The translations under genes were made by a program, and so were the position numbers. Positions 34,510 to 47,201 of a stretch of DNA of 64,000 nt are shown one piece after another. Numbering within the stretch: position 1 is the first letter of the stretch; each line of letters opens with the position of its first letter. The notes under the pieces are model-generated. The model was not told the DNA's origin. It did not search any database and saw nothing but the letters and a program-made list of their open reading frames with translations. The DNA is from Lepidodermella squamata (Eukaryota; Animalia; Gastrotricha): contig JBLDXI010000029.1 in NCBI GenBank assembly GCA_047495785.1, forward strand, positions 3,286,001-3,350,000. The letters are read 5' to 3'.

Positions 34510-35717
34510 TTACATCACTAATTCAGGCTTTGGCATAGTTCTATTCAGATTAGTATAGCCCGCTATAGTCAAGTATAACAATTGATCGAGTCTTCGCCAC
34601 CAGTTTTCGACGTAAAATTTACGAAATCCTCGCATTTTCAAATTATCGACCAGTGAATTGCCGTACTTCTCCAATCGCAGCAAATCATGATTGAACGGAT
34701 TGTCACTAATCGCGTGCCATTCGATTAGCAAATATCCAACGTTATCTAAAACCTTATCGTCTAAGGCCCGGGTTAGCGATACCCATTCATCGCGTTCGAT
34801 GTCCATTTTCAGGACAGTTATGTAGCTATGATTAAGCATTTTCATTATCTCAGCCAAGGTTTTTGTGTTAGGCTTCCGATTCGTCTCATCTTCGCCGGTA
34901 ATTCCCAGAGGTAAGAAGTTCAAATTCGGCTTCAGGGAGGTATTGAATTCATCCATCGACATGTCAAAAGAGAAAACCGTGCAATTACGTGCTGCCATTT
35001 CGTCGTCAAAAGAGAAGTCGTAATTAATTCTAAGGAAAAAGAGGAAATTAAAAAATGTAACCGTCAATTGCAAAAATATTACCCGAACGAATAGACGATG
35101 CAAGGCTCATCCTCAGGAAAATCGTCCATACAAATGTGATAGGTCCTGTGGCCGTTTAGTTCATTTTCGCCTCGAGGTTCCAGCTTGGAGCAGTTCAGCT
35201 CCGGCGATTCATTTACCACTCTAGTAAACATAGTTGGATTTTATACCGCCGGTGCAAAAATAAATCTTGAACATGAATTCGGATTTTGGGATCCCATAAT
35301 TGCTAAACATCCGGTAAGACAACGAGAATGTGTTGGAAAATTAGCTAACACCTTGCCCTGAATGATTTGTTGAACAAGAAGCAAGGCCGATCAGTACCTA
35401 CTTTACAAGTCGAAAGAAACGTTCAAGATAAGCGGCCGAGGCTGGGGTAGGATTGACTCGTCTCGTAAAGTCACAGGTATCAAGGCTAATTATGAAAACA
35501 GCGATCAGATACTGCAATAAAACAAGGGAAATATTGTTACGAACCAAGTCGGATCTCTTCGTGGCTGAAAATCGCTCGCTGTACTGAGTTCGTGTCTAGT
35601 TCTAGCAGCGACAATCACCAGCGATGTGATCAGTGTCAATATCAAGGCAGCGATAACTAAGATCTTGCATTCACCGGTGTTTGTTGGCTTTTGCGTCAAC
35701 AATTCATATTTTGTCAT
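34510..35717 (-). CDS. METTL24/FkbM-like type II membrane methyltransferase, copy 2
   Basis: TM ILVIAALILTLITSLVIVAA; CIVYSFG, INYDFSFDDEMAARNCTVFSFD, VLKMDIERDEW; same intron positions as its paralogs. Confidence 0.8.
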
Positions 35718-36167
35718 TCGCAAGTCAAAACTGCACTAAATGGCGGGTTTCTAAGTCGGCGTCGCCAAAAATACAAGCGGAGGTTTAAAAACGCGTGGCT
35801 GTTGATTCCTTTGTCTTCAATCTCAAACAAAGAAATTACGCTATTCAATTAACGCCAGCTATCATTAAGATGAAAGCTATAGAGGCTAGAGCGTTATGCT
35901 TTCGTAACACATGCTACTTTCCGATGATGCGGCCGTGAGGTATATATGTAATGCCGCACAGAATGTCCATTATTCTGGGTTACTGTCGCGAAATTTCATG
36001 ATTATTCGCTTTAAGATTGCAGGAAACGGGAAAGACATGTTACCATATAAGTCACGTGACCGCAAATCTCGGCGAGTTTTGATGGCTGAGTGGAACCTTC
36101 TGTTTGTAGCCACCTTGTGTAAAATCCACCAAATTATCGGAAGCCTCACATTTTCACTCGGAACTCT

Positions 36168-37252
36168 TTATTGTTTCAGCCATTTTCTATTTCGATTAAC
36201 GTAGCCTGCGATTGTCATATACTGCATCTGATCATGCCGCGCGTACCAGTTTTCGATGTAGTACTTCCGGTAACCTAACTTCCATAGGCCATCAACCAGA
36301 CCATTGCCGTATCTCTCCAGCCTATCTGAATTATACTGAAACGGATCACGGCCGAATAAGTGCCATTCGATGGAGAGGAACCCAACATTTTGCATAACCC
36401 CGTCATCCATGGCCCTTCGCAACGAAACCCATTCGTCTTGCTCAACGTCGAGTTTTAGTACGGTTAAGTAGTTATGGTTTAGCATTTTCATGATTTCAGC
36501 TAGAGTTTTGGTGTTGTTTTTGCGATTTCGTTCGTCTTCGCCCGTTATTCCTAGCTGGAAGAACCGAACGCTGTTATTCCGAATCGGTTCAGAATTCATT
36601 GTCATATCGAACGAGAAAACTGAGCAACCACGAGAAGCCATGTCGTCATCGAATGTGAAGTCGTAATTTATCCTAAAATTAACCGATTTCAACATTTCAA
36701 AGGTCTGGTATTTAATAGCCTACCCAAACGAGTAGACGATACAAGGCTCAGTCTCGGGGAAGAAGTCCATGCAGATGTGATAAGTCTTGTGGCCATTAGT
36801 TTCATCCTTCCCAAAGGCTTTTGACATTGAGCAATTTATATCTGGCGGGTCGTTTATCTTCCTGAGAAAGACTTTGGAACTTAGACTATCAGGGTAGGAA
36901 ACAAGAAACATACCTAACAAGGTGAAAGAAATGCTCTAGGAATACGAAGGATCCTGGGAGAGGATTGATCCTTATCGATGAATCGCAGGAGTCGAAGCTA
37001 GGATTAAATTTTATACGAAACCTTATTTTTTTGACCTAATTATACATACCATGCTGGGTTCCTTTTGGCTGGCGACATGACGTTTAGCATTTCTACCGGT
37101 ATTCTGCAGCTTGGTCTAGGCCTCAGCACCATGATGATAATGATAATTATTATAGACAATACTACGATGCCTTTAAATTTCGATTCTAGTTGCTGATAAT
37201 ATGGGACCAGCCGTTGAATCGGGTATTTTACCAATTGTATGTAGTTTGTCAT
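36168..37252 (-). CDS. METTL24/FkbM-like type II membrane methyltransferase, copy 3
   Basis: TM GIVVLSIIIIIIIMVL; PCIVYSFG, VLKLDVEQDEW, LSIEWH. Confidence 0.8.
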
Positions 37253-37765
37253 CTTAAGCTTGATAAATAAGCGCAGGTAGTTTATTATGAATAACGTAGT
37301 TTTTAGGAGCAAACATGTTTGTAATGAAAACTTGCCATAGTGGCATCTCAGTCATATGCAAAATAGTGAGTACCGGCTGCTTGCGGCTACTTGACCCGGT
37401 AGCGAAGAACACAGCCAATAACTCTGATTAATCGAATTGACAATTGATGGGATTTTCAAATTTCTCATGTCTTCTGATTAATCATCAATACAAACTTGGA
37501 TTTTTGAGGCCTCCCTGCCCTAAATTAGTGGGGCCTCTCATTGCGGTCGCTACCTTGTGAAAAGCTTTGTGGACCTGCTTCCAGATAAACCACACTTTGA
37601 TACGTTGTGCGCTATTAGAACAAATTTTGCTCCAAATTCTGAGATTCATTTTAACTGAAATTCTTTAGTAAGCGGGTTGGCAAGCGGGTTCGATTCACAG
37701 TTAAATTAGCAAAAATAATATCGATTTATTGAATCTTTCTTAGAAATTCCATAAAATTACGTCGA

Positions 37766-39313
37766 TTAATCAGGGTCTGAGGATTGCCTTCTGCGTTTCC
37801 TCCTCAAGTAATTTTCGAATAGATCAAGCTTATTGTCGATCATATTGTTAAATGTTTCCCGAATTTCAGATTTGTACTCCGCATTTGGAGCTGGAAACCT
37901 CGGCTTATCGCCTTCGAAAAGGCGAAAATGAGCAATAACGCCCTCCGTATACGGGTCAAGATGCCGGACCATTCCTCCCTCGATCAACTTATGAATAGAG
38001 GCGACAATCACGTTGTCAGATCTCAAAATCATTTTCTCTCGAGAATGAACCATTGCCACAACATCAACCGTGTAGTGGTCTCGAATTGTATGCTTAACCG
38101 AGTATGGGCCAATCCTGGCGTCCGTTGAATTCGGAGTCGGCATGTGAGTCATTGTCCAGAACGCTATTCCTCCGATGAAAGGATCCGCCTTAATAGCAGA
38201 CTCCAGTAAATCTATCAGGCTCACTCCATTGAAAACTTGTAAGAATTCATCGGTATCCATCGAAGCAACCCAGGTTGATTTTTCCCTCAAGAAATAGAAG
38301 CATTCGGTCATTGCCGATGTTTGAAAGTGGTGTGGCGTGAATTGGAGATGAAAATCAAAAGGGACTAATGAAAGAATTCCCATCTCGAGATAATACTGCA
38401 AATAGTCGAAAAAAGCGTGGAAATCTGGGTCGTTGATGTAGATAACAAAATGTTCGATTCCCAGCATAAGATGGTACTCAATCCACTCTGGGACTCGATC
38501 TAAATGATTTTTATTGAGAGAAGTGCAAGCGGAGAGTTTGACTTTTCGGTTGAGTCTCATAGGCTCCGGGCAAATCTTTGTATTAACAGCCATTGTCCGG
38601 CTTATTTTTCTTGTTCTCGCTACGCTGGAGGGTCCAAAAAGCTTCAACACATTCGGCTTTGCTAGGATGTAAATTCTACTCTTAGAAGTGATCCTAAATG
38701 ATTTAGTATCGACCGGGCAATGAAGAATCACATTGTTATGGGAGCTCTCGTATTCCGGTGTTGGTGATTTAGAAACGCAGTGAATGAAATGACCGCTATC
38801 GATAACAATGCTCCAATCGTACTTGTAAGCCCACAGTTCGTATCCAATGAGGTTGTAATGCGAAATTCCATCAACGAGCAGTGGCGTGAGCAAGAGTGTG
38901 ATTTGCACGTACTCGTCTGTTAAATAGGCACCAGTTAGTAACGGATACTTAAGGGAAGCGATTTCTCTCAGCGTTCGAACTGCGTAAAATTCAGCCTGTT
39001 GAAGGCATGAACATTCAGCACCGAGAGACAGATTAAGACGGTCGTAATTTCGGCCCAAATATTCGCATTTTGATAAAACGGCGTCAGGAATTTCCAGAGT
39101 CGGCAAAGGTTCGCTGTAGTATAGGTGTGGGTTGTATCGAACAAAATAAAGTATCGCGAGTATCAATTGAGGGCATATTTTCGGTAGTAATCTCACATTT
39201 AGGATATTGCGCAACATAATGTGTGCAAAATCGCATTGTTTATTAGTTCCTTTGTAGTCTAAATTTGTGGCTTGGCTCGAATCATTTGTAGATACAGGAT
39301 TGGTGGGTTTCAT
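37766..39313 (-). CDS. Glycosyltransferase family 92 (DUF23)-like, intronless (start may be 39217)
   Basis: LSACT, EWIEYHLMLGIEHFVIY, ECFY, WVASMDTDEFL (DxD), IAHFR; N-terminal hydrophobic anchor. Confidence 0.8.
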   Translation of the reverse strand: MKPTNPVSTNDSSQATNLDYKGTNKQCDFAHIMLRNILNVRLLPKICPQLILAILYFVRYNPHLYYSEPLPTLEIPDAVLSKCEYLGRNYDRLNLSLGAECSCLQQAEFYAVRTLREIASLKYPLLTGAYLTDEYVQITLLLTPLLVDGISHYNLIGYELWAYKYDWSIVIDSGHFIHCVSKSPTPEYESSHNNVILHCPVDTKSFRITSKSRIYILAKPNVLKLFGPSSVARTRKISRTMAVNTKICPEPMRLNRKVKLSACTSLNKNHLDRVPEWIEYHLMLGIEHFVIYINDPDFHAFFDYLQYYLEMGILSLVPFDFHLQFTPHHFQTSAMTECFYFLREKSTWVASMDTDEFLQVFNGVSLIDLLESAIKADPFIGGIAFWTMTHMPTPNSTDARIGPYSVKHTIRDHYTVDVVAMVHSREKMILRSDNVIVASIHKLIEGGMVRHLDPYTEGVIAHFRLFEGDKPRFPAPNAEYKSEIRETFNNMIDNKLDLFENYLRRKRRRQSSDPD

Positions 39314-39662
39314 GCGCTGACCTTTGGCCTGAAAGAGTTGCAAGGCGCGAAATATAATAACCCTCGTCTGGCGAGAAACGTTGAAGACAATTTGAGGACA
39401 TGCGTGCTGATTTCAATTGCTTACCCGTAAGCCTTACTTTAAGGATGCTCGAAAAAAATGAGATTAGGAACATCAAAATATCGATGATCAACCTATCAAG
39501 TCGAATCTTAGTTTATTTGATCTAACGAAAACAAAAATTCGATGAAATAAACGTGAGACCATGACAAGGTTTTGTCTTTATTGCATCAGTATCTTTCGCT
39601 TTATCCTTCATCACAAGTTTCATCTCTAAGTCTATGGATTTCTATTTGTCGTTCAAAATGAC

Positions 39663-40749
39663 TCAGTCATCGTTTTTGTTACTTTTGATCCGATTTCGAT
39701 TGACGTAGCCAGCAATAGTCAAATACTGCAGCTGGTCGTGCCTTCTGTACCAGTTCTCGCCGTAGTACTTCCGAAATCCCTTATCATGCAACTTCGTGAT
39801 CAATCCATGCCCATATTTCTCCACCCTGTCCAGAATGCCTTTGAACGGATAATTGCTCACAACGTGCCATTCCATAACTAGATGGCTGACCCGTTCCATA
39901 ACGCCATCATCAAACGCCCTAGTCAAAGATACCCATTCATCTCTCTCAATGTCGACTTTGAGTACGGTGATGTAGGTATGGTTGAACTTTCGCATGATTT
40001 CAGCCAACGTTTTTGTGTTCTCCTTACGATTCCCCGAAATTTCACCAGTTAAACCGATTTCATAGAATTTAACGCCACTCGGACGAACTGGTTCATCGTG
40101 AATGCTCATGTCAAAGGTGAAAACCGAACATCCACGCGCTGCCATTTCATCGTCAAACGAATATTCCCAATGAGATCTAAATGTAGAAACATAGATAGAT
40201 CAATATTTCGGCGAGAAGAAATTAATACCCGAATGAATAGACAATGCATGGTTCATGTTCTGGGAAATTGTCCATACAAACTCGGTAGGTTTTGTGGGCA
40301 TTCTCTTCGTCTTGCCCAAATGGCTGTAGCTTGCTACATTTGACCTCCTCCGGAGCTCCTACTCTTCTAAAACCAAGGAGTTACTCAATGGCGATATTTT
40401 CAACAAAAACTCACTTTACTAGGGCGAAAAAGCGCTCGAGGTAATATGTTGCATCTGAATGTGGATTGACATTCGTATGAAAGTCGCACGTGTCGTAACT
40501 AAAGAGAAATCGAAATGGTTCGCGAATATTGCGAGGTCAAAGTCTATACCAATTAGGAGATCTAGTTGGCGCGGGCGTTTGTTGCGTTTCGATCGCTTTC
40601 GCCGGTTCACATTTCGGGCAACTCGAGCTTAAAATGAAGATTTGAGTGATGAAAATGAGGAAGAGAAGGCTGCATATCACAATGGTATTTATGTGGCTTA
40701 ACCGTGTCAATGACACAAAAATGGAAGGGACTAAAATGCTACCTGACAT
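39663..40749 (-). CDS. METTL24/FkbM-like type II membrane methyltransferase, copy 4
   Basis: TM IVICSLLFLIFITQIFIL; CIVYSFG, VLKVDIERDEW, LVMEWH; exon 2 is homologous to copy 1 (C.DTCD...NP.S...YLER.F). Confidence 0.8.
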
Positions 40750-41146
40750 GCTTGGTCGATTTGAGGTATGATAAGAAAGCTTTGTTTAGTTTCCTTTCAT
40801 GAGTTGTAGACGCGTCTAACGATCTTGTGGGATTAGCTTCCATTTAAAGGTAAATTATTCTCTGAATAACTTTTGTCCACGAAAGTGCTTCTGTAAATAA
40901 ATGAAAATTGGCAATATTTGAGCCTGCTTAAATATTGAGAGGGAAAATTTCGAAACATTTTAAGGGGGATTTATTTATTTCTTATTAATCATATATCAAT
41001 GGCCCTCCTCGAAGCTAAGGTTAGTTCCCGCGCTTAAACAGCAAACCGATCCTTATAGCCTATTAGCCCAACTAATATTATGCTATCATTATATAGGGTC
41101 ATTTCTTAAAATGGAATGGGTGATGTAGGATTAACATTTATATCAA

Positions 41147-42237
41147 ATGAAAAGGCAATGGGGCATAGTTTCATCCTGGATTCTCACGGGTAAAGACTGT
41201 TCACTGACCATTAATTACGAAATAAAGAAAAAATTGTTTTCCAGGTCTAGCAGCTTATTTGCTTTCCCAAAATGCAACGGAGAAATTGCTCAAGCCAGGT
41301 TTGTAACATTTAATCACTCTGAATCTGTTAAATTCAGCCAAATGTAAATTTAGAAACCGTGGAAGATCCGTTGAATTTGCCATTTATCATAACTGTAATC
41401 TCATCGAGATGCCAATTCGAAAAGCGCCAAGCGATTCGAGAAACATGGGGCGATCGCAGGATGTTAGCTAGAATGCTTGGAAATCAAACGTACGGGCCTT
41501 ACTTCATCATCGGACAACCGGATATTAAAAAATTCAATGATTCAATAGTTGACGAATGTCAAACAAGAATAGAGAAAGAAGTGACTATCTACGGCGACTT
41601 AGTGACCATTTCTGCCCTAGATGTTTACAGCCTGCTAACCCCGAAAGTGTTCGAAACCTTCCTTTGGGCTCGGCATAAGCTCAGTTTAACCCATTCATCT
41701 GGGGATAAACATAGTACTTTCTACTTGGTCAAGACTGATGACGATGCTTACATCAATTTGTTGGCTATAGCTCGGCAATTCTATCATTCGATGAAGGAAC
41801 ATAGCAAGAGATCGATTTTAGACAAAAACCTCTACTGCGTTGCAAATACTGGAGCTATAGTTGTTCGAGCCAAAGACTCAAAGTATTATACATCTCGAGA
41901 AAGCTACGCCCCCGATTGGTATCCACCGTTTTGCTCCGGGATCGGTTACATTTTCCAAGTTGGCTTGCTAGATTTGATGATACCGAAAATCCGGGCGAGA
42001 ATGGCGAATTATGTGCAGAACGAAGATGCTTTCTTCACCGGCATCATAGCTGAGGAGCTGAAGCTGAGGCACTTGAATTTCGAGTTCACAGATTCTTGCG
42101 GACCGCATGGCTCCGGATGGACGCAGGAGTCGCTTTGCCCAAACGCGAGTCGAAACGCGGTCGTTCACCGTTTGGAGCCACGCGATATGCGGATGTTGCA
42201 TAAGTGCCCGGATATGCAACGCTTCTATCGTTATTGA
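41147..42237 (+). CDS. GT31 beta-1,3-galactosyltransferase-like 1 (two short 5' exons, main exon 41354-42237)
   Basis: Spliced anchor MKRQWGIVSSWILTGLAAYLL; RQAIRETWG, LTPKV, YLVKTDDDAYI, YPPFCSGIGY, EDAFFTG. Confidence 0.85.
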
Positions 42238-43036
42238 AGATGAGCCGTGCTGTGAAAAGTTCGAATAAAAAGCGATAGATTTTTACATTTATTTGTTGTG
42301 GAACTCTCAGAGAGAAAAATAGCTGAATGTGGAAGGTAACATTTTTGTGGGAAAATGCTGTCTGCCACCCCCTTAGACCATGAAAAACTGGTTGTTGACA
42401 TGCGACATGCAAGGATATGGCTTCTTTAAAGCTCAGGGTAGCCCTAAACAGAAATGTGACTGGAACGTGATTAAAACTATGATCGCACCCTGGGAGTCGC
42501 AGACGAGTGAAGATGAGTAAATCGAGTACGACGAGTTCGTATATAGGTTATAGGTATATAAACGATTTACCTACTAGTGCAGTATCAAAAATAGCGAATT
42601 GGCACAAGTTCATCCTACTATTATTTTTATTCCGTCAATTTTACCTGCCTAAACTAACCTGTAAACACTAGCTTGCCGTGAACTCGTTTCATATAAAAAC
42701 ATACCGGACATACCGAGCTAATAATTTACACACGTGTAGGAGGTTATTGATAATCGTCTCCATGATTTTTTCCCATTTGGCTTTGTAGCTTCCAGCCATA
42801 CATAAAAACCTATGAGCCATGAAAACCTCAATTTTTGACCATTTTACTCAAAATGACGGTAACTATTCATTAGACGCCAAATTTAACTTTGGGCAAACAA
42901 TTCGGCCTCAAATGTTTGCTGAGGCTAGCGTTGCTGCTGAGATACCGATCCTTTACATTGTTTTTGACTGAATAACAAGCTTAAAATAACAGAATTCTTA
43001 CTGTGCTGCAGTCATAAGTAATGGATGTATTATTGT

Positions 43037-44083
43037 CAGTGTGGTATACGGTTATAACCACGGTTTTAACTAGCCGGTTATAACCGAGTTTTAACCGGTC
43101 ATTTCAAAATTGATTTTAACCAACTGTCGTTTAAACTCCCTAAATCCCAGCTGATTTTGATTTGAAAATTTGAATTTGAATTTTGAATTTCGATCGCCAT
43201 GTTGATCGGCTTATAAATCCAGCATATTACATGGCTGATTTCAACCCCAGCTGTGGACCCCACCTTGGGGACGAAAATATTAATGAGGAAGAAGTGCCAG
43301 TTTGCTCGCGATGGTCTTCTCGCAGCTGATCTCGCACCAGGTTCCGTTGACTTACTGAGAGCCAAATGCCCCAGTATTAAGGTGGTCTCGCAGCTGGTGT
43401 TGACATAGGAGCCTTGTTTCTAGCTCAATCACACATCATACATGACTGGTCATTTCTCAAGGTATTTACACAATAATTAACCTCTTAGTCTGTAGGTATT
43501 TACTCGAAAATCAAAAGTCGAAAATTTGCCTAACCTTCTGGGGCTTAGCGACAGTAAATAACGGCGGGTGTGACCTGCAACCTGCAACTCCTGCTTAACC
43601 TCGCAGCAAATAATCCCATCTAATCCTATTTAATTTCAATGCGCCATTAAATCACTGAGCTAAAGAATTATCTCGACTTTAGACCTCATCTTGAAGAACA
43701 GGCTGTCGCTAGCAACTGTCAATAATTGTTTGTTTACCAAGGATTTATGCGAGGCGAGCAGCGTTCGTTGAGCGCGAACGTAAAAAGCAAATAAACAGCT
43801 CTTTTCAAAATGTAGGTGGAAGAAACACCTATCACCTATCATAATAATTTTCGAAGGGGACCTTGAACTGAAAACATTGCTATCGAGGAAATTGATGTAT
43901 TGTTGGCCCTAGAATTTGAGTAAACTAATAAGTGAGTCTTCTAGTGTAAATTATGAATAAAAACAACTCTTTTCGATAACTTTTGATCGGGTTTAGTAAA
44001 AACTGGTTGAAACCGCGGTTTTAACTGAGTTAAAACCAAAAGTTGGTTAATTCCGAATTAACTTAGGTCAATATACCACACTG
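43037..44083. mobile_element. hAT-type non-autonomous element
   Basis: TIR CAGTGTGGTATA/TATACCACACTG, 8-bp TSD ATTATTGT, subterminal GGTT(T)TAAC repeats. The TIR is related to that of the 2052 element. Confidence 0.9.
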
Positions 44084-44297
44084 ATTATTGTATTTTATAT
44101 GTCGATTTCTTTTCTTTTTCCTAAATGCCGGTGAGCTATATATTTCTTTCATTTTTTATTTATTTAAAAAACACTGAAAACAGCTATTTTTAACTATCTG
44201 CTGCTCGAGTATTCGCCATTTGGGGCACTTCAAAAAAGTAACTCCTCAAAATTCCAAAGGTTATCAATTTGTTTAAGAAATGTTAAAGTTTCTCTAG

Positions 44298-45118
44298 TCT
44301 GGACTAATGGCGACGTTAATGTACCCCTCATCATCACCGTAATTTCTTCACGAAGCAATTTCGAGAAGAGGCAAGCTGTGAGAGAGACATGGGGCAACCG
44401 AACTTATCTCACATCAAATCTCGGCTCTCAAATTCTTGGACCGTTTTTCGTGGTAGGAAAATCGGAGAAAGATGACGGTTGCCAAGATCGATTGGACGCT
44501 GAAATCGCGGCTCATGGCGATTTGATAGTCGTGCCTGCTTTGGATACCTATCGCATGCTTACCCCCAAGGTATTAGAAGCCTTCCGCTGGGTACAGGGCT
44601 TAGCGAATGTGCGAAAGTACTACCTGGTTAAGACGGATGATGATGCTTATGTCAATTTAGTCGCGATAGCTCGAACTTACCATCGAGTGATGAAGATTAG
44701 AAACCGAAGGCTGGACAAATCATTCTATTGCTACGTAGTTTCCGGGGCCCCTGTCATTCGAGCTAAAGATTCAATTTACTACGTCACACCAGAGAGCTAT
44801 GTTCCAGATCGGTATCCCGACTTCTGCTCCGGTATTGGGTACATCTTTCAAGTTGGCCTTCTAGACCTAATGATGCCAGGAATCATGGCTAGAATGGAGC
44901 ATTTTGTACCAAATGAAGACGCGTTCTATACCGGGATAGTTGTGCAAGACCTGAAGGTACGGCATTATTCCGTGAAAAATGCCGTTGTCCTTGGTACATC
45001 GTGGACTGATGAAGGACTATGTGGCGATGCAGCTAGAATGGATCTTGTTCATCGGCTGCAGGCACGTGAAATGCGCCGATTACATTCGTGCTCACTAGCT
45101 ATTAGAGCTAAGTCTTGA
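44298..45118 (+). CDS. GT31 beta-1,3-galactosyltransferase-like 2 (main exon; small 5' exons probably ~44125-44259)
   Basis: RQAVRETWG, YLVKTDDDAYV, YPDFCSGIGY, EDAFYTG. Confidence 0.8.
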
Positions 45119-45442
45119 ATTGTATGAAACTGAGAATTTCTAAAAAAATAAAGTCACTAAAAGCGAGACCATTAGCGAGTTCTTTTTCGCCATTGGTGTC
45201 ATTTTCGTACTACATCAGACATCAGCCAAAATCACAAATTCCCTCACTCGCCAAGATATAAAATGATGGGATCCAATGAGATGATCATCCAAGTAAGGAC
45301 CTAACTATGCCTAAATCGCGAAAAAATGGGAATGTTCAGAAGTCATCGTTAGACCGGTTAGACCGCTTGAATTCAGCTCTGGAACCTCAAGTTTTCCCCT
45401 CAAAATTGTGCGGAAAATTTGAAACATATATAATATATAAAA

Positions 45443-45857
45443 CAGAGCTTTGGATTTGATTTGATTTGATTTCCGGCTTAAATCATGGACCTCCTTCAAT
45501 CAATCAAAATCAATCATTGTCCCAATTTTCCAGGACTAAATCAATCAAATCAAATCATCGAAACCCATAAATCGCAATAAATCGCGAAACATCGGAGTTT
45601 TCAGGAAGCTAGGGGCTTCGAAATGTCAAGAACTGAATGAAATAACGCGAATTTGAAATCACCATCTCTTTTTAAAGTAAATTAGCATAAAAAAATAGGA
45701 GAGATCTTAGTTTCGCGGTATCAAGTTTTTGGATTGCATCACCAAGGCCAAATCAAAAGCAATCAAATCAAAATGCTTCCCCGCGTAAATCAATCATTTC
45801 AAATCGAAATCAATGAAAATAGGGTCTAAATCAAATCAAATCAAATCCAAAGCACTG
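45443..45857. mobile_element. hAT-type MITE with (AATCA)n subterminal repeats
   Basis: TIR CAG(A/T)GCTTTGGATTTGATTTG, 8-bp TSD ATATAAAA on both sides. Confidence 0.9.
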
Positions 45858-46147
45858 ATATAAAACTGTTTTCTCATAGAATTTAGTTCGCATGGTCAGC
45901 ATAGAAATTTTTTATCCATATTAGCTGCTTACTATACAACAAACTATGTAGGGATTGACCATATAGTTTTTGCACGCGTGTATTTTGATGCAAGCTTTAA
46001 AAGCTTGATGCTACGCCTAATTACAAACAAAATAAAATAATAAACAGCCGAAAGAAATGCCCAAGCGGCATACAATTTTTCAAGTTGAGAAAGGAAAGGA
46101 GACGTCCAGACTAATTTTAGATGCTCGCCCTACCAAACTCAACAGGA

Positions 46148-47199
46148 TGGCGTTACTTCTTATTTTTCGCAGGTATGTCACCAGGCAAATTTCTCAATTT
46201 TTTCCAGCTTCATCTAGACTAAATCTATACAGTTTCCTTAGTAAACGTGAAAGTGCCTAAAATGGCCATTGTTCCAGTTTTGGAATCAGGTATCACTAAC
46301 ACACCCAACCCAATTTTCGCTGAATTACATAATTTTCAGCAATCGGTTTTCGCTACGATGATGATAATATTGGGGATATGAAATTCATTATCACTGTCAT
46401 TTCGAGGCTATGCAACTTTGACAAGCGTCAAGCTATCAGAGAAACGTGGGGGAACCAAACGATGCTGAGGTCAAAACTTGGCCCCCAAATCTTTGGACCT
46501 TTCTTCATCATTGGTACTTTTGATTCTAATCAAAGGAACGTATCAAGTAATCAGGACTGCATGGGTCGATTGAGCGCTGAAATCGAAACACATCAGGACG
46601 TTTTTCAAGTATCAGCCATCGAGAAATATCGTCAACTTACGCTGAAGGTTTTCGAGTCCTTTAAATGGGTGCGGCGCCACCTTAATTTGACGAATCTCGA
46701 AAACGGTTACCTGGTGAAAACGGACGACGATGTTTATGTTGATTTGGTCGCTGTTTCCCGAGCTCACTATCGATCAATGGTGTCGCGTAGCGATAAGGTG
46801 GACAGTTCTTTCTATTGCTTCGTCCATTCTGGGGCTCCAGTTATTCGCGATCCTACGTCAAAACACTACGTCTCAAAGGAGAATTACGCCCCTGACTGGT
46901 ATCCGAAATTTTGCTCAGGAATCTGTTACATCTTCCAAGTCAGCCTTCTCGATCTCATGATACCAGAAATTAATAGGAATATGAACAATTCAGACCCGAA
47001 TGAAGACGCTTTCTTTACAGGGATCATCGCGGAGCGTCTCAAGTTACGACACAGATCGATTAAAAGCGCAGTCCCCTTTGCTTTCCCGGCTGAAGAGGAT
47101 AAAGTCTGTCAAAAGGGCAGGAACAAATTGCTGGCTCACCCCTTGGGACCCCGTGAAATGCTAACACTTCATAAATGTCGCGAAAATAAAACTTTTTAA
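46148..47199 (+). CDS. GT31 beta-1,3-galactosyltransferase-like 3 (5' exons uncertain, main exon ~46340-47199)
   Basis: RQAIRETWG, LTLKV, YLVKTDDDVYV, YPKFCSGICY, EDAFFTG. Confidence 0.8.
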
Positions 47200-47201
47200 T
47201 T

